NCBI GenBank assembly: GCA_040878325.1
Contig: JBBDMM010000017.1
Span: 1-50,311 of the forward strand
Source of the DNA: Acidimicrobiia bacterium
Lineage (GTDB): Bacteria > Actinomycetota > Acidimicrobiia > Spongiisociales > UBA11373
Direction: 5' to 3'
Length of the DNA: 50,311 nucleotides
Below the pieces are notes generated by a model that was given only the letters and a program-made list of their open reading frames with translations, was not told the DNA's origin and made no database searches. Positions 1 to 11,352 of this stretch are shown in pieces (the first letter of the stretch is position 1; each line of letters opens with the position of its first letter). A program made the position numbers and the translations under genes.

Positions 1-88
1 CCCAAGGCCGATGGCGCCCGCCCGGCCAGCCGGAGACTGGCCCAAGGCCGATGGCGCCCGCCCGGCCAGCCGGAGACTGGCCCAAGGC
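1..88. repeat. 40-bp tandem repeat (2 full copies plus 8 nt), possibly cut by the window edge
   Basis: CCCAAGGCCGATGGCGCCCGCCCGGCCAGCCGGAGACTGG at 1-40 and 41-80, then CCCAAGGC at 81-88; no spacers. Confidence 0.9.
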
Positions 89-108
89 GGCCGAAGGCCG
101 CCCGCCCT

Positions 109-972
109 CTATCCGCCGAAGAACCCGGGCAACACCGCTTCGCGGCCGAGGGCGAAGAGAGCGCCGACCACGATCGATACGACCGCGGTGATCGAGCCGA
201 GCCCGATCTGGAAGCGCCGCCGCTGCTCCGGGGACCGGAAGCCGTACGACGACGCCACCGCGATGAGGGTGTTGGTGATGAATAGTCCGACGAGGAAGGC
301 CACCAGCACCGCTACTCCGGCCCCGCTCCCACCGGCCTGAGCCGCTGCCAGGAAGATCACGACCTGCGTGGGGGTCTCCGCCCCGACCCCGTGGAGCATG
401 CCGATCCCGAACGACACACGACCGCCGTACTCGTCGGCGAGCTCGTCAGGGGGATGCACGTGAGCGTGACTGTGCACGAGGTCATCCTCGACTGCGCCGC
501 CCGCGTCGGAGGCCTGGTGGTGGACATCGAGGGCGGCGTGCCGGTGCTCGTGCTCGACCGGCCGGCGAGACCGGAAGCGAGCGACCAGTCGGCGGACGCC
601 GCGGATGATCAGCATCCAGCGGCTCTGCATCCGAAATCCTTCCCGGTGCACAATCAGGGAGTACGCCACGTATCCCCCGAGGACGATGAGGGTCCAGCCG
701 ACGATTCTGCCGAATAGGGCGTCGATCGATTCGGGGAGGCTCCGGCCGACCACGATCGCAACCGCCCCGATGACGAGCACGACGACCCCGTGGCCAAGGG
801 CGTAGATGGTGCCCAGAACCAGGCCTCGGCGCGGGGTGTCCTGGGTCGCCGCCAGGTCGGTAATGGCGGCGATGTGATCCCAGTCGACGCCGTGGCGCAT
901 GCCGAGCAGCAACGCGCTCAGCAACAGGCCGATGCCGAGGCCCGTGGAGGCGAGAAACAGGTGGTCAACCAC
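109..972 (-). CDS. NiCoT (HoxN/HupN/NixA-like) nickel/cobalt transporter
   Basis: RHGVDWDHIAAI signature, GHG and GMLHG motifs, His-rich loop (HEHRH...HSHAHVH), multiple TM segments. Confidence 0.8.
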   Translation of the reverse strand: MVDHLFLASTGLGIGLLLSALLLGMRHGVDWDHIAAITDLAATQDTPRRGLVLGTIYALGHGVVVLVIGAVAIVVGRSLPESIDALFGRIVGWTLIVLGGYVAYSLIVHREGFRMQSRWMLIIRGVRRLVARFRSRRPVEHEHRHAALDVHHQASDAGGAVEDDLVHSHAHVHPPDELADEYGGRVSFGIGMLHGVGAETPTQVVIFLAAAQAGGSGAGVAVLVAFLVGLFITNTLIAVASSYGFRSPEQRRRFQIGLGSITAVVSIVVGALFALGREAVLPGFFGG

Positions 973-1003
973 GGCGGGGAGAGTAGGTCGGCCGCCGACG
1001 GCG

Positions 1004-1128
1004 GCGGAGACGAACGGGGCAGCGGAGACGAACGGGGCAGCGGAGACAGCGAGCGTCCTCCCCTGCCGTCTTCGGCGGGGGAGGTGCCGAAGCGAAGCGA
1101 GGCAGAGGGGGCAGCGGAGACAGCGAGC
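1004..1128 (+). repeat. 18-bp tandem repeat plus REP-like palindrome flanked by a 21-bp direct repeat
   Basis: GCGGAGACGAACGGGGCA x2 (1004-1039); GGGGCAGCGGAGACAGCGAGC at 1034-1054 and 1108-1128 flanking a CCTCCCC...GGGGAGG stem. Confidence 0.7.
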
Positions 1129-1233
1129 ACTCCAACCACCTCCTCAAGAACGGGTCCGGTCCTTCTCGAAGGGTCAGGTGCCCCCCTTCGGGGTACTCCC
1201 CCCGGAGGGGGGAGTAGCACTCGGAGCGTCGGC

Positions 1234-1770
1234 CTACCTAAACCGCTCTAGCAGGCCTCTCACGATGAACGCGGTTGCCCCCCAGAGGACACCTTCGGGG
1301 AACTCGTAGAACCACATGTTGCGGCCGCCCCACACGCTGCGCCGCCAGTCGCCGTCGGCCAGCAACTGATCGATGGAGGGCTCGATGATGGCGGCCACCT
1401 CCCCCGGTTCGGGCACCAACTGGGCGGGACGCTGCACCCGGGCGACCACCGGAGAGATCTGCATCGTCACCGATCGGGTGTGCACCGGGTCGAGCCCGCC
1501 GAGCACCTCCACTCCCTCCGGCGGAAGGCCAACCTCCTCCCATGCCTCCCGCACCGCGGTATGCACCGGGCCGTCGTCGGTCGGCTCGATCATCCCCCCG
1601 GGGAACACCACATCACCCGGATGGCTCCGCATCGTGTCGGGACGCCGGGTCATGATCAGTCGCAGCACCCCGTCCTGCTCATAGAACGGAATGAGGACCG
1701 CCGCCCTGATCGCCTCCCCCGTGACGACCGGCGGAAGCGCCTCGAGCGGAGACCACAAATTGGCTGACAC
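1234..1770 (-). CDS. CoA pyrophosphatase (NUDIX)
   Basis: AAVLIP, HPGDVVFPGG, AVREAWEEVGL and LWGATA motifs; GTG start chosen 6 nt after TACCCT. Confidence 0.85.
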   Translation of the reverse strand: MSANLWSPLEALPPVVTGEAIRAAVLIPFYEQDGVLRLIMTRRPDTMRSHPGDVVFPGGMIEPTDDGPVHTAVREAWEEVGLPPEGVEVLGGLDPVHTRSVTMQISPVVARVQRPAQLVPEPGEVAAIIEPSIDQLLADGDWRRSVWGGRNMWFYEFPEGVLWGATAFIVRGLLERFR

Positions 1771-1800
1771 ACCTAAAGGGTAGAGGCCCCTCCCCGTCCC

Positions 1801-1828
1801 GCCTCCCGCCACCCGCCTCCCGCAAGAG
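1801..1828 (+). repeat. heptamer array GCCTCCC/GCCACCC x3 capped by GCAAGAG
   Basis: read directly from sequence. Confidence 0.75.
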
Positions 1829-1890
1829 CGCGCCAACGCTCTGCCCGGTGCGCATCGCGCATTGCTGATGGGGGATAGTCTCCCCAACCC

Positions 1891-2493
1891 ATGGCCAAGT
1901 CGATCCCCTCTGATCCCCGCTTCACTCCGCGCCTCGAGCTGCGGCCCTTCAAGCGCCGCGACCTCGATGCGGTGGTCGAGGCGATCGACGCTTCGATCGG
2001 CGAGCTCGAGCAATGGCTGCCGTGGGCGAACCGGTCCTACGGGCGGGCCGAGGCCAACCAGTTCCTCCGCGAATCGGGGACGGCATGGGCCGACGGGAGA
2101 GCCTTCGACTTCGCCATCCGCCAGCGCTCCGAGCCGGATATCCACATCGGAAACATCTCGGTGTGGACCACCTCGCGACGGGAGCGGGCCGGGGAGATCG
2201 GCTATTGGATCCGATCGTCGGTGACTGGACAGGGCATTGCCACCGAGGCGGCGGCGCGGATCGCCGCGGTCGGCTTCTCCGAGATGGATCTGCACCGGAT
2301 CACCCTCCGCATCGCAGTCGGCAACCGGGCCTCCGAACGGGTGGCCGAGAAGCTCGGCTTCGCCCGCGAGGGGTTGCTCCGCAAAGAGGTGCTGGTCCGC
2401 GGCCGCTGGATGGACCACTCCCTGTGGGCGATGCTCGAGGAAGAGTTCCGCGCCGCCCAAGACCGCTGGCACGAAGAGAAGTGGCTGGAATAG
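1891..2493 (+). CDS. GNAT N-acetyltransferase, RimJ/RimL family
   Basis: TPRLELRP, EIGYWI, GQGIATEA, NRASERVAEKLGF motifs. Confidence 0.9.
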   Translation: MAKSIPSDPRFTPRLELRPFKRRDLDAVVEAIDASIGELEQWLPWANRSYGRAEANQFLRESGTAWADGRAFDFAIRQRSEPDIHIGNISVWTTSRRERAGEIGYWIRSSVTGQGIATEAAARIAAVGFSEMDLHRITLRIAVGNRASERVAEKLGFAREGLLRKEVLVRGRWMDHSLWAMLEEEFRAAQDRWHEEKWLE

Positions 2494-2506
2494 AGCCCCG
2501 GGCAAG

Positions 2507-2538
2507 CTTGGGGGCGGCTCGTGTGAGCCGCCCCCAAG
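2507..2538. terminator. 14-bp hairpin between convergent GNAT and groEL
   Basis: CTTGGGGGCGGCTC-GTGT-GAGCCGCCCCCAAG perfect stem. Confidence 0.75.
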
Positions 2539-2563
2539 GCCATTCGATCGATCAGGTCGCGCT

Positions 2564-4532
<1,969 letters not shown>

Positions 4533-4552
4533 ATTCGACGAATCTCCTCCTG

Positions 4553-4607
4553 TTGGCACTCGTCGCTTGCGACTGCCAAATTAGCAGCCGGTGGTTTCGA
4601 GTGCTAG
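4553..4607. promoter_or_regulatory. two tandem CIRCE elements (HrcA operators)
   Basis: TTGGCACTC-N9-GACTGCCAA (4553-4579) and TTAGCAGCC-N9-GAGTGCTAG (4581-4607) versus consensus TTAGCACTC-N9-GAGTGCTAA, upstream of groES. Confidence 0.9.
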
Positions 4608-4675
4608 TCGGGCAGGCGGGAAGTTGAGTGATGTCGTATCAGGTAATCGCAATTGGCAAATAGCCAATTGTGGCT

Positions 4676-4704
4676 GGCTGAGCCGGCCGAAGGCCGGCTC
4701 AGCC
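4676..4704 (-). terminator. 13-bp hairpin with cUUCGg loop overlapping the tsaD stop
   Basis: GGCTGAGCCGGCC-GAA-GGCCGGCTCAGCC. Confidence 0.6.
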
Positions 4705-5706
4705 CATAACCATCCCCGTATCTATCTCGGCATTGAGAGCCGTGATTTCCCCGCGGGCGAGCCGGAAGACGGCGGCGGCGGCGATCATGGCTCCGTTGTC
4801 GGTGCATAGGGCCGGCGACGGCAGATGGAGGGCGATCCCACGGGAGGCGCACTCAGCGGCGAGCCGTTCGCGGAGCCGCCGGTTGGCCAGCACGCCTCCT
4901 CCTCCGCCGACCTGCTTCACCCCGGTCTCCTCCACCGCATTCATGGTCTTGGTCACCAGGGCGTCGACGATCGCCTCCTGGATCGCCGCGGCCAGGTCCT
5001 CCATCGGCGGCAAGTCGCCTGCCTCATGGTGCTGGCGGACATACGTGACCACCGACGTCTTGAGGCCGGAGAACGAGAGGTCGAACGGACGGTCGGCCAA
5101 TGCCCGGGGGAACTCGACCGACGACGGATCGCCCCCCTCCGATGCTCGATCGATCGCCGGCCCCCCGGGAAACCCGAGACCGAGAAACCTGGCCAGCTTG
5201 TCGAAAGCCTCGCCCGCGGCGTCGTCGATCGTCGACCCGAGCACCTCGTACTCGCCCCACTCCTTCAAGTGAACGAACTGCGAATGGCCACCCGAGGCGA
5301 GCACCACCACCGCGGGAGGTCCGTAGTCGGGATGCTCGAACCGGGGGGCGAACAGGTGCCCTTCCATGTGGTCGATCCCGAGAAACGGGATGTCGAGCGC
5401 CCAGGCCAGGGCCTTGCCGTAGGAGAACCCCACCATCAACGCCGACGCCAACCCCGGCCCCTGCGTGGCGGCCACCGCATCGAGGTCCATGGCGTGCACC
5501 CCGGCGTCGCGCAGCGCCCGATGGGTGAGCGGCCGTATGGCCTCGACGTGCGCCCGCGCCGCCACCTCGGGGACCACCCCGCCGAATCGAGCATGCTCCT
5601 CCACCTGCGTTGCCAGCACGTTCGACAGGATCTCGTTGCCCCTGACGACGGCAACACCTGTCTCGTCGCAACTCGTCTCGAACCCGAGCACCGTAGGACC
5701 GCTCAT
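4699..5706 (-). CDS. tsaD: tRNA N6-adenosine threonylcarbamoyltransferase TsaD
   Basis: ETSCDET, HMEGH, SGGHS, DDAAGEAFDK, CTDNGAMIA. Confidence 0.97.
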   Translation of the reverse strand: MSGPTVLGFETSCDETGVAVVRGNEILSNVLATQVEEHARFGGVVPEVAARAHVEAIRPLTHRALRDAGVHAMDLDAVAATQGPGLASALMVGFSYGKALAWALDIPFLGIDHMEGHLFAPRFEHPDYGPPAVVVLASGGHSQFVHLKEWGEYEVLGSTIDDAAGEAFDKLARFLGLGFPGGPAIDRASEGGDPSSVEFPRALADRPFDLSFSGLKTSVVTYVRQHHEAGDLPPMEDLAAAIQEAIVDALVTKTMNAVEETGVKQVGGGGGVLANRRLRERLAAECASRGIALHLPSPALCTDNGAMIAAAAVFRLARGEITALNAEIDTGMVMG

Positions 5707-6200
5707 CCCACTTCCTCCCGCAGCCGGTCGAGGCGGCGCCGGAACGGCGCTTCGTCTGCATCGACCGCCCACATCACCAGGGCGTCCTCGTCCCGGTAGT
5801 AGTTGGGCCGTAACCCCACCGAGGCGAACCCCACTTTGCGGTACATGCCCAGAGCAGCATCGTTGGTGATCCGCACTTCCAGCGTCAGATGCCGGGCTCC
5901 CCGTTCCACAGCGATGTCGATCAGCGCCAGCATCAGCCTGGTCCCGATCTTGCGGCGAGTGTGCCCGGGGTCGACTGCGATCGTCATGATGTGGGCCTCC
6001 TCGTCGAGGTCCATCACGCCCCCATACCCGACGATCGACCCGCGCTCCTCTGCGACCACATAAGAGCGATTGTCCAGCGCCAACTCCTCCAGGAACGTGG
6101 CAGGCGACCACGGGTCCCGGAAGGCTCGCGCCTCGAGGACGGCGACTGCCGGGATGTCGGCATCCGTCATCTGCCGCACGGTCGCGACCGCTACTTCCAC
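5703..6200 (-). CDS. rimI: ribosomal protein S18-alanine N-acetyltransferase
   Basis: AHIMTIAV, TLEVR, RPNYY..EDALVM; lies between tsaB and tsaD. Confidence 0.93.
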   Translation of the reverse strand: MEVAVATVRQMTDADIPAVAVLEARAFRDPWSPATFLEELALDNRSYVVAEERGSIVGYGGVMDLDEEAHIMTIAVDPGHTRRKIGTRLMLALIDIAVERGARHLTLEVRITNDAALGMYRKVGFASVGLRPNYYRDEDALVMWAVDADEAPFRRRLDRLREEVG

Positions 6201-6895
6201 GGTCCCTCCGATCGGAAATCTGACCAGTTGATCGCCACGTCGGGCTCTCGAAGGTACATCGGCCGCACCTCATCCGGATGAGGCAGCGCCGCCCTGGCCA
6301 CCCGTCCCCGGGCCACCTCGATCACCGCCTCGGCCGACGGGAAGCGGGGCCGTCCGGTACGCACCGCGTGAAGCCCGACCAGGGTTCCCTCGGGCAACGC
6401 CTTCCAATCGCCGACGACGAGCACGTCACTCGGATCGCTGACGAGCATCTCCCGAAATGCTTCGGGGCGACACAGCTCGGTCGGCCCGTCGCGGACCACT
6501 CCTCCCCGGACCGGCCGGTACGGGGCGACTGCCACCTCCTTGCGCCGCACATCCACCACCGCCCAGATACGGCGATGGGCGGTGGCGGCCCGCAGGGCGA
6601 TGGCGTCGAGCGAAGTGACCGGCACGATCGGGGCGCCGACGGCGCCGGCGATCGCCTGCGCCGTCGCCAGGCCGGTGCGGATCCCGCTGAAGAGCCCGGG
6701 GCCGACATCCACGGCGATGGCGTCGAGTTGCTTGGGCTCCCAACCCGCCTGCGAGAAGCAGAACTCCAAAGCAGGCACGAGAAACGAGACATGGCCCCGG
6801 GGATCGAGCCGCCGCGACGATGCGATGACCCCCTCGGGGGTGCCGAGTGCCACCGAGGAGGCGGCCGTCGACGTCTCGATGGCGAGGATCCTCAT
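6191..6895 (-). CDS. tsaB: t6A biosynthesis protein TsaB
   Basis: MRILAIETS, VGPGLFSGIR, PMYLR; operon context. Confidence 0.93.
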   Translation of the reverse strand: MRILAIETSTAASSVALGTPEGVIASSRRLDPRGHVSFLVPALEFCFSQAGWEPKQLDAIAVDVGPGLFSGIRTGLATAQAIAGAVGAPIVPVTSLDAIALRAATAHRRIWAVVDVRRKEVAVAPYRPVRGGVVRDGPTELCRPEAFREMLVSDPSDVLVVGDWKALPEGTLVGLHAVRTGRPRFPSAEAVIEVARGRVARAALPHPDEVRPMYLREPDVAINWSDFRSEGPWK

Positions 6896-7340
6896 CCGGT
6901 CACCTCCGCCAGCGGGCGCCGCGACCACGAACCCCGGGGGATCAACTGGAGGGCTCGCCCCCCGTCTGAGCCCGCCTCGATCCGAACGAGGAGGTAATCC
7001 TCTCCGAACGACTGCTCGGCGGCCTGTCCCCATTCGACCACCAAAACCCCATCGGCCGCCTCCGAGTCCAGGTCCAGGTCGTCGATCTCAGCGGACGATC
7101 CGAGGCGGTAGAGATCGACATGGACCATGGGCATCAGCCCCCGATACCGCCGTACCAGCACGAACGTCGGGCTCACTACGACGTGATCGAGGCCAAGGCC
7201 CTCGCCGATTCCCGCGGCGAACACCGTCTTCCCGGCGCCCAGATCGCCGGCGAGCAGGACGACATCACCGGATCGCAGCAGGCTGGCAAGACGACGGCCC
7301 ACCCCGCGAGTGTCGGCAGGCGTGGGACAGTGGATCTCGA

Positions 7341-7344
<4 letters not shown>
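6892..7344 (-). CDS. tsaE: t6A biosynthesis ATPase TsaE
   Basis: GDLGAGKT, SPTF, HVDLYRL, VEW. Confidence 0.96.
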
Positions 7345-7952
<608 letters not shown>

Positions 7953-7986
7953 CTCTCGTCTCCCATCGCCGGCACGCGGGTGAGCG

Positions 7987-9078
7987 TCATCCGACGTACC
8001 GGCGCGGCAACCGCGGGCCGAATCCGCACACGACCTCCCAGTTGATCGTGCCGAGCCAATCGGCCCACTGGTCGGCGGTGATCTCGGCATCGCCCTGACG
8101 CCCGAGGAGAACCACCTCGTCGCCGATGTCGACCGGGTAGTCGCCCACGTCGACCAGGGCCTGGTCCATGGTGATGTTCCCGGCGAAGGGATGGAACCGT
8201 CCCCCGATCAGCGCCCCGCCTACAAGTGAGAGGCGACGAGCGACCCCGTCGGCGTAGCCGATGGGAACCGTCACCACGGTCGACTCCTGCGGAAGTGGCC
8301 GCCGCCGGCCATAGGAGGGACGCGTGCCGGCGGGGTGACGGCGGGAGTAGACCACCCGACTCACCACCGACATCGCCGGACGGAGATCGATCTCGGGCGC
8401 AAACCCCGGTGCGGGCCGGAGCCCGTAGGTGCCGATCCCGACGCGCACCATGTCGAACCTGGCTCCGACATCGACCATCGCGGACGCGGTGTTGGCGGCA
8501 TGCACCATCTCTGGCTTCACCCCGACACCGGCCAGGTCTTCGATGAACCGCTGGAGCAGCACCACCTGGTGTCGGGTGAACTCCTGATCCTCCTCCGAAA
8601 CCGGGAAATGAGTCCACACCGCCTCGAGGCGAAGGGGGCTGCGATCGACTTCTACGGCGAGTTCTCGAGCGGCATCGGGTGGAGCGCCGACCCGGTGCAT
8701 CCCGGTGTCCACCTTCACGTGGACCGGGAACCCTTCGGGAGCGGCCGCGGCCAGGGCTGCGAGGAACGACCGCCGGTACACGGTGGGAGTGAGCCGCCAG
8801 TCGACGATGTCCTTGGCGTCGTCGGTCACGGGTTCGGAGAGCACCAGGATCGGGGCTTCGATCCCCGCCTCCCGCAGGCCGATACCCTCGGAGACGAGGG
8901 CCACCGCCAGCCACTCGGCCCCAGCATCGAGGGCGGCCTCGGCCACCGGAACATCACCGTGCCCATACCCGTCGGCCTTGACCACCGCGCAGTAGCGCGC
9001 CGGTCGCGCGGCCTGCGCGATCGCCCGGACGTTGTGACGGATCGCATCGAGATCGACCTCGACCCACGACGGCCTCAC
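7987..9078 (-). CDS. alr: alanine racemase
   Basis: AVVKADGYGHG PLP motif, KVDTGMHRVG, IGYADG; GTG overlaps the upstream TAG. Confidence 0.96.
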   Translation of the reverse strand: MRPSWVEVDLDAIRHNVRAIAQAARPARYCAVVKADGYGHGDVPVAEAALDAGAEWLAVALVSEGIGLREAGIEAPILVLSEPVTDDAKDIVDWRLTPTVYRRSFLAALAAAAPEGFPVHVKVDTGMHRVGAPPDAARELAVEVDRSPLRLEAVWTHFPVSEEDQEFTRHQVVLLQRFIEDLAGVGVKPEMVHAANTASAMVDVGARFDMVRVGIGTYGLRPAPGFAPEIDLRPAMSVVSRVVYSRRHPAGTRPSYGRRRPLPQESTVVTVPIGYADGVARRLSLVGGALIGGRFHPFAGNITMDQALVDVGDYPVDIGDEVVLLGRQGDAEITADQWADWLGTINWEVVCGFGPRLPRRYVG

Positions 9079-10481
9079 TATCCGAACCTCCCGATCTCGG
9101 CGAGCAGACGCGTGGCGGTGACGGTAGTGACCGGGGCGAGCGACGCCCCCGCCCGTCCATGAAGATGGGCCGCTGTCCGCGCCGCGGTCTCGGGGCCGAG
9201 CCCGCGGGCGATGGCGGCGGCGATCATGCCCGTGAGCACGTCGCCGGTGCCGATCGACGCCAGCTCGGGGCCTCCAGAAGTGATCACCCACCGCTCCTCG
9301 CCCATGACGAACGTCGGCGACCCCTTGAGCAGCACCACCGCCCCGGTCTTCTGGGCCAGCGCGTGCGCCTGCCGGGGACCGGCGGGGTCGCCCGTAAGCC
9401 GCCCGAACTCGCCGGCATGCGGGGTGAGCACCGTGGGCGCGGTGCGGGCGGCGATGTCGTCCATCGAAGCAGCGGTGATCGCGTCCGCATCGAGGACGAG
9501 GGGGCGATCCCAGCGGCGGAGGATCGCCGCCACGAAGCTCTCCCCGTCCGGCCCGAGGCCGGGGCCCAGCGCCATGACATCGAACCGATCGGCCGCGGCG
9601 AGCACGGCATCGGGCTCGCCGTGCCGCTCACCGGCGCCCACCCCGGCGGTGAGCAAACCCGGGTCCATCGCCGCCGCCTGGCCCTGCAGGCCACCGGGAA
9701 CGATCACCGACACTGCTCCCGCCCCGAACTCCAGCGCGGCCCGACCGGCGATCACCGCCGCCCCGACCATTCCCGGCGAGGCGCCCACCACGGCCACCGA
9801 CCCCGCCGACCACTTGTGGGCGTTTGAAGGCCGTACCGGGAGCACCGCGTCATCGTCCTCGCACTCCATCCACTCGGCGTGCTCCCCGGAAAGCCCAATG
9901 TCGACCACCTCGACCTGGCCGGAGAGATCCCGGCCCCGTCCCACCAGGTGCCCGGTCTTGAGCGCGTGGAACGTGACCGTACGGGCGGCCCGGAAGGCGG
10001 CACCGGAAACGGACCCGTCGCCGGCATCGAGGCCGCTGGGGAGGTCCACGGCCAGCACCGGGGCAGGATGCTCGGTCCACGGGACCGCCCGCTCGGGAAG
10101 CGAGCCATGAAAACCCGCCCCGAACAGTGCGTCGATCAACAGGTCGCCCGGCTCCAGAGCGCCCAGGTCGACCACCCTGACACCCGACCGGACCGCCCGC
10201 ATCGCCGCCACCCGGTTGGGTGAGGAGTCGCCCTTTGGGTACCCGAGCGACCTGACCACGACATCGGCGCCGCGGGATTTCAGGATGCGAGCGGCCACGT
10301 AACCGTCCCCGCCGTTGTTGCCGGGACCGGCGAGGACGATCACACGGGTTCCATAACCCGCCCCCATCCGGATCGCGGCCAGGGCCACCCCGAGCCCGGC
10401 ACGCTCCATCAAGTTTCCGACCGGGACCTCGGAAGCCGCATCGAGCCGGGCGGATTCCTCCGCGGTGATGACGGGGCGCAT
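9078..10481 (-). CDS. nnr: bifunctional NAD(P)H-hydrate epimerase/dehydratase
   Basis: GPGNNGGDG, DALFGAG, TPHAGEF, GTGDVLTG. Confidence 0.95.
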   Translation of the reverse strand: MRPVITAEESARLDAASEVPVGNLMERAGLGVALAAIRMGAGYGTRVIVLAGPGNNGGDGYVAARILKSRGADVVVRSLGYPKGDSSPNRVAAMRAVRSGVRVVDLGALEPGDLLIDALFGAGFHGSLPERAVPWTEHPAPVLAVDLPSGLDAGDGSVSGAAFRAARTVTFHALKTGHLVGRGRDLSGQVEVVDIGLSGEHAEWMECEDDDAVLPVRPSNAHKWSAGSVAVVGASPGMVGAAVIAGRAALEFGAGAVSVIVPGGLQGQAAAMDPGLLTAGVGAGERHGEPDAVLAAADRFDVMALGPGLGPDGESFVAAILRRWDRPLVLDADAITAASMDDIAARTAPTVLTPHAGEFGRLTGDPAGPRQAHALAQKTGAVVLLKGSPTFVMGEERWVITSGGPELASIGTGDVLTGMIAAAIARGLGPETAARTAAHLHGRAGASLAPVTTVTATRLLAEIGRFG

Positions 10482-10522
10482 GGGCGGATGGTACGAGCAG
10501 TGCCGACCCTGGGGGCGCCCAG

Positions 10523-10549
10523 GGAACCGTGGCGACACCACCCGTCGTC
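10523..10549 (+). promoter_or_regulatory. putative ECF sigma promoter GGAACC-N17-CGTC
   Basis: 8 nt upstream of ATG 10558; same layout recurs at 30633-30659. Confidence 0.55.
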
Positions 10550-10557
10550 CAACTGGC

Positions 10558-11322
10558 ATGAACCCACGCGTGATCACCGCCGTCCTCTTGTTCTCGCTGC
10601 TCGCCGCTGCCTGCGGTGGAGACCGGGACGCCGGTGGCGAGCCCGTCGACATCACCACCTGGCAATTGAGATCGGGGACGGTCGACGGCATCGCCCTGGT
10701 ACTGGTCGACGGCTACCCGGTGACCTTTCGCGTCGAAGATGACCAGGCGGGCGGCACCGCCGCATGCAACCAATACGGCGGGCGGGTGATCCTCGACGGA
10801 AACACGGTCTCGTTCCCCGATGGCTTCTTCCAGACCGAGATGGCGTGTGTCGACCCAGGGGTCATGGAACTCGAGGCAGCCTTTCTGGCCGCCCTCAGCC
10901 GGGTCACCGGATCCGCCGCCGGCGGCGGCGAACTGAGACTGTCGGGGGATGGCGTCGACCTGCGCTTCAGCGCCGTCGAGCCCGAACCTGATGCCGCCTT
11001 GATCGGCACTCTCTGGAACCTCGACACCCTCATCGAAGGCGATGCCGCCCCGACCGTCGCCGCTCCCGCAACCCTGTACATCGACGATCAAGGCAAGGTC
11101 ACCGGATCGACCGGGTGCAACAGCATGAATGGCACCTACCAGGCTGCCACCGGGTTCTCACCGCTGGCCACCACCAGGATCGGCTGTGAGCCCTCCGTGA
11201 TGGACCAGGAGAGGCTGGTGCTGGCGGTCCTCGGCGGCGACCCGATACTCACGATCGAGGGGTCGACACTGACCGTCACCGCGAGCGACGGCAGCGCGCT
11301 CATCTACGGCGCCGACGCCTGA
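10558..11322 (+). CDS. META (HslJ-like) domain lipoprotein, two META domains
   Basis: lipobox LAAAC; GTAACNQYGG/TEMAC and GSTGCNSMNG/TRIGC repeats. Confidence 0.85.
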   Translation: MNPRVITAVLLFSLLAAACGGDRDAGGEPVDITTWQLRSGTVDGIALVLVDGYPVTFRVEDDQAGGTAACNQYGGRVILDGNTVSFPDGFFQTEMACVDPGVMELEAAFLAALSRVTGSAAGGGELRLSGDGVDLRFSAVEPEPDAALIGTLWNLDTLIEGDAAPTVAAPATLYIDDQGKVTGSTGCNSMNGTYQAATGFSPLATTRIGCEPSVMDQERLVLAVLGGDPILTIEGSTLTVTASDGSALIYGADA

Positions 11323-11352
11323 CCGACCCGCGTCGTCGTTACCCTCCGCCGG

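Noticed and set aside
1..88. Possible CRISPR array
   Set aside because: The repeats are contiguous with no unique spacers, and there are no cas genes in the window.
1771..2505. N-terminal extension of the 423-aa NUDIX ORF
   Set aside because: It overlaps the real GNAT gene on the opposite strand; the start at 1770 fits domain size and a -10 box.
5707..6273. Apparent RimI-TsaD fusion or extended TsaD (524 aa)
   Set aside because: RimI is in a different frame with its own stop overlapping the tsaD ATG; the extension has no recognisable content.
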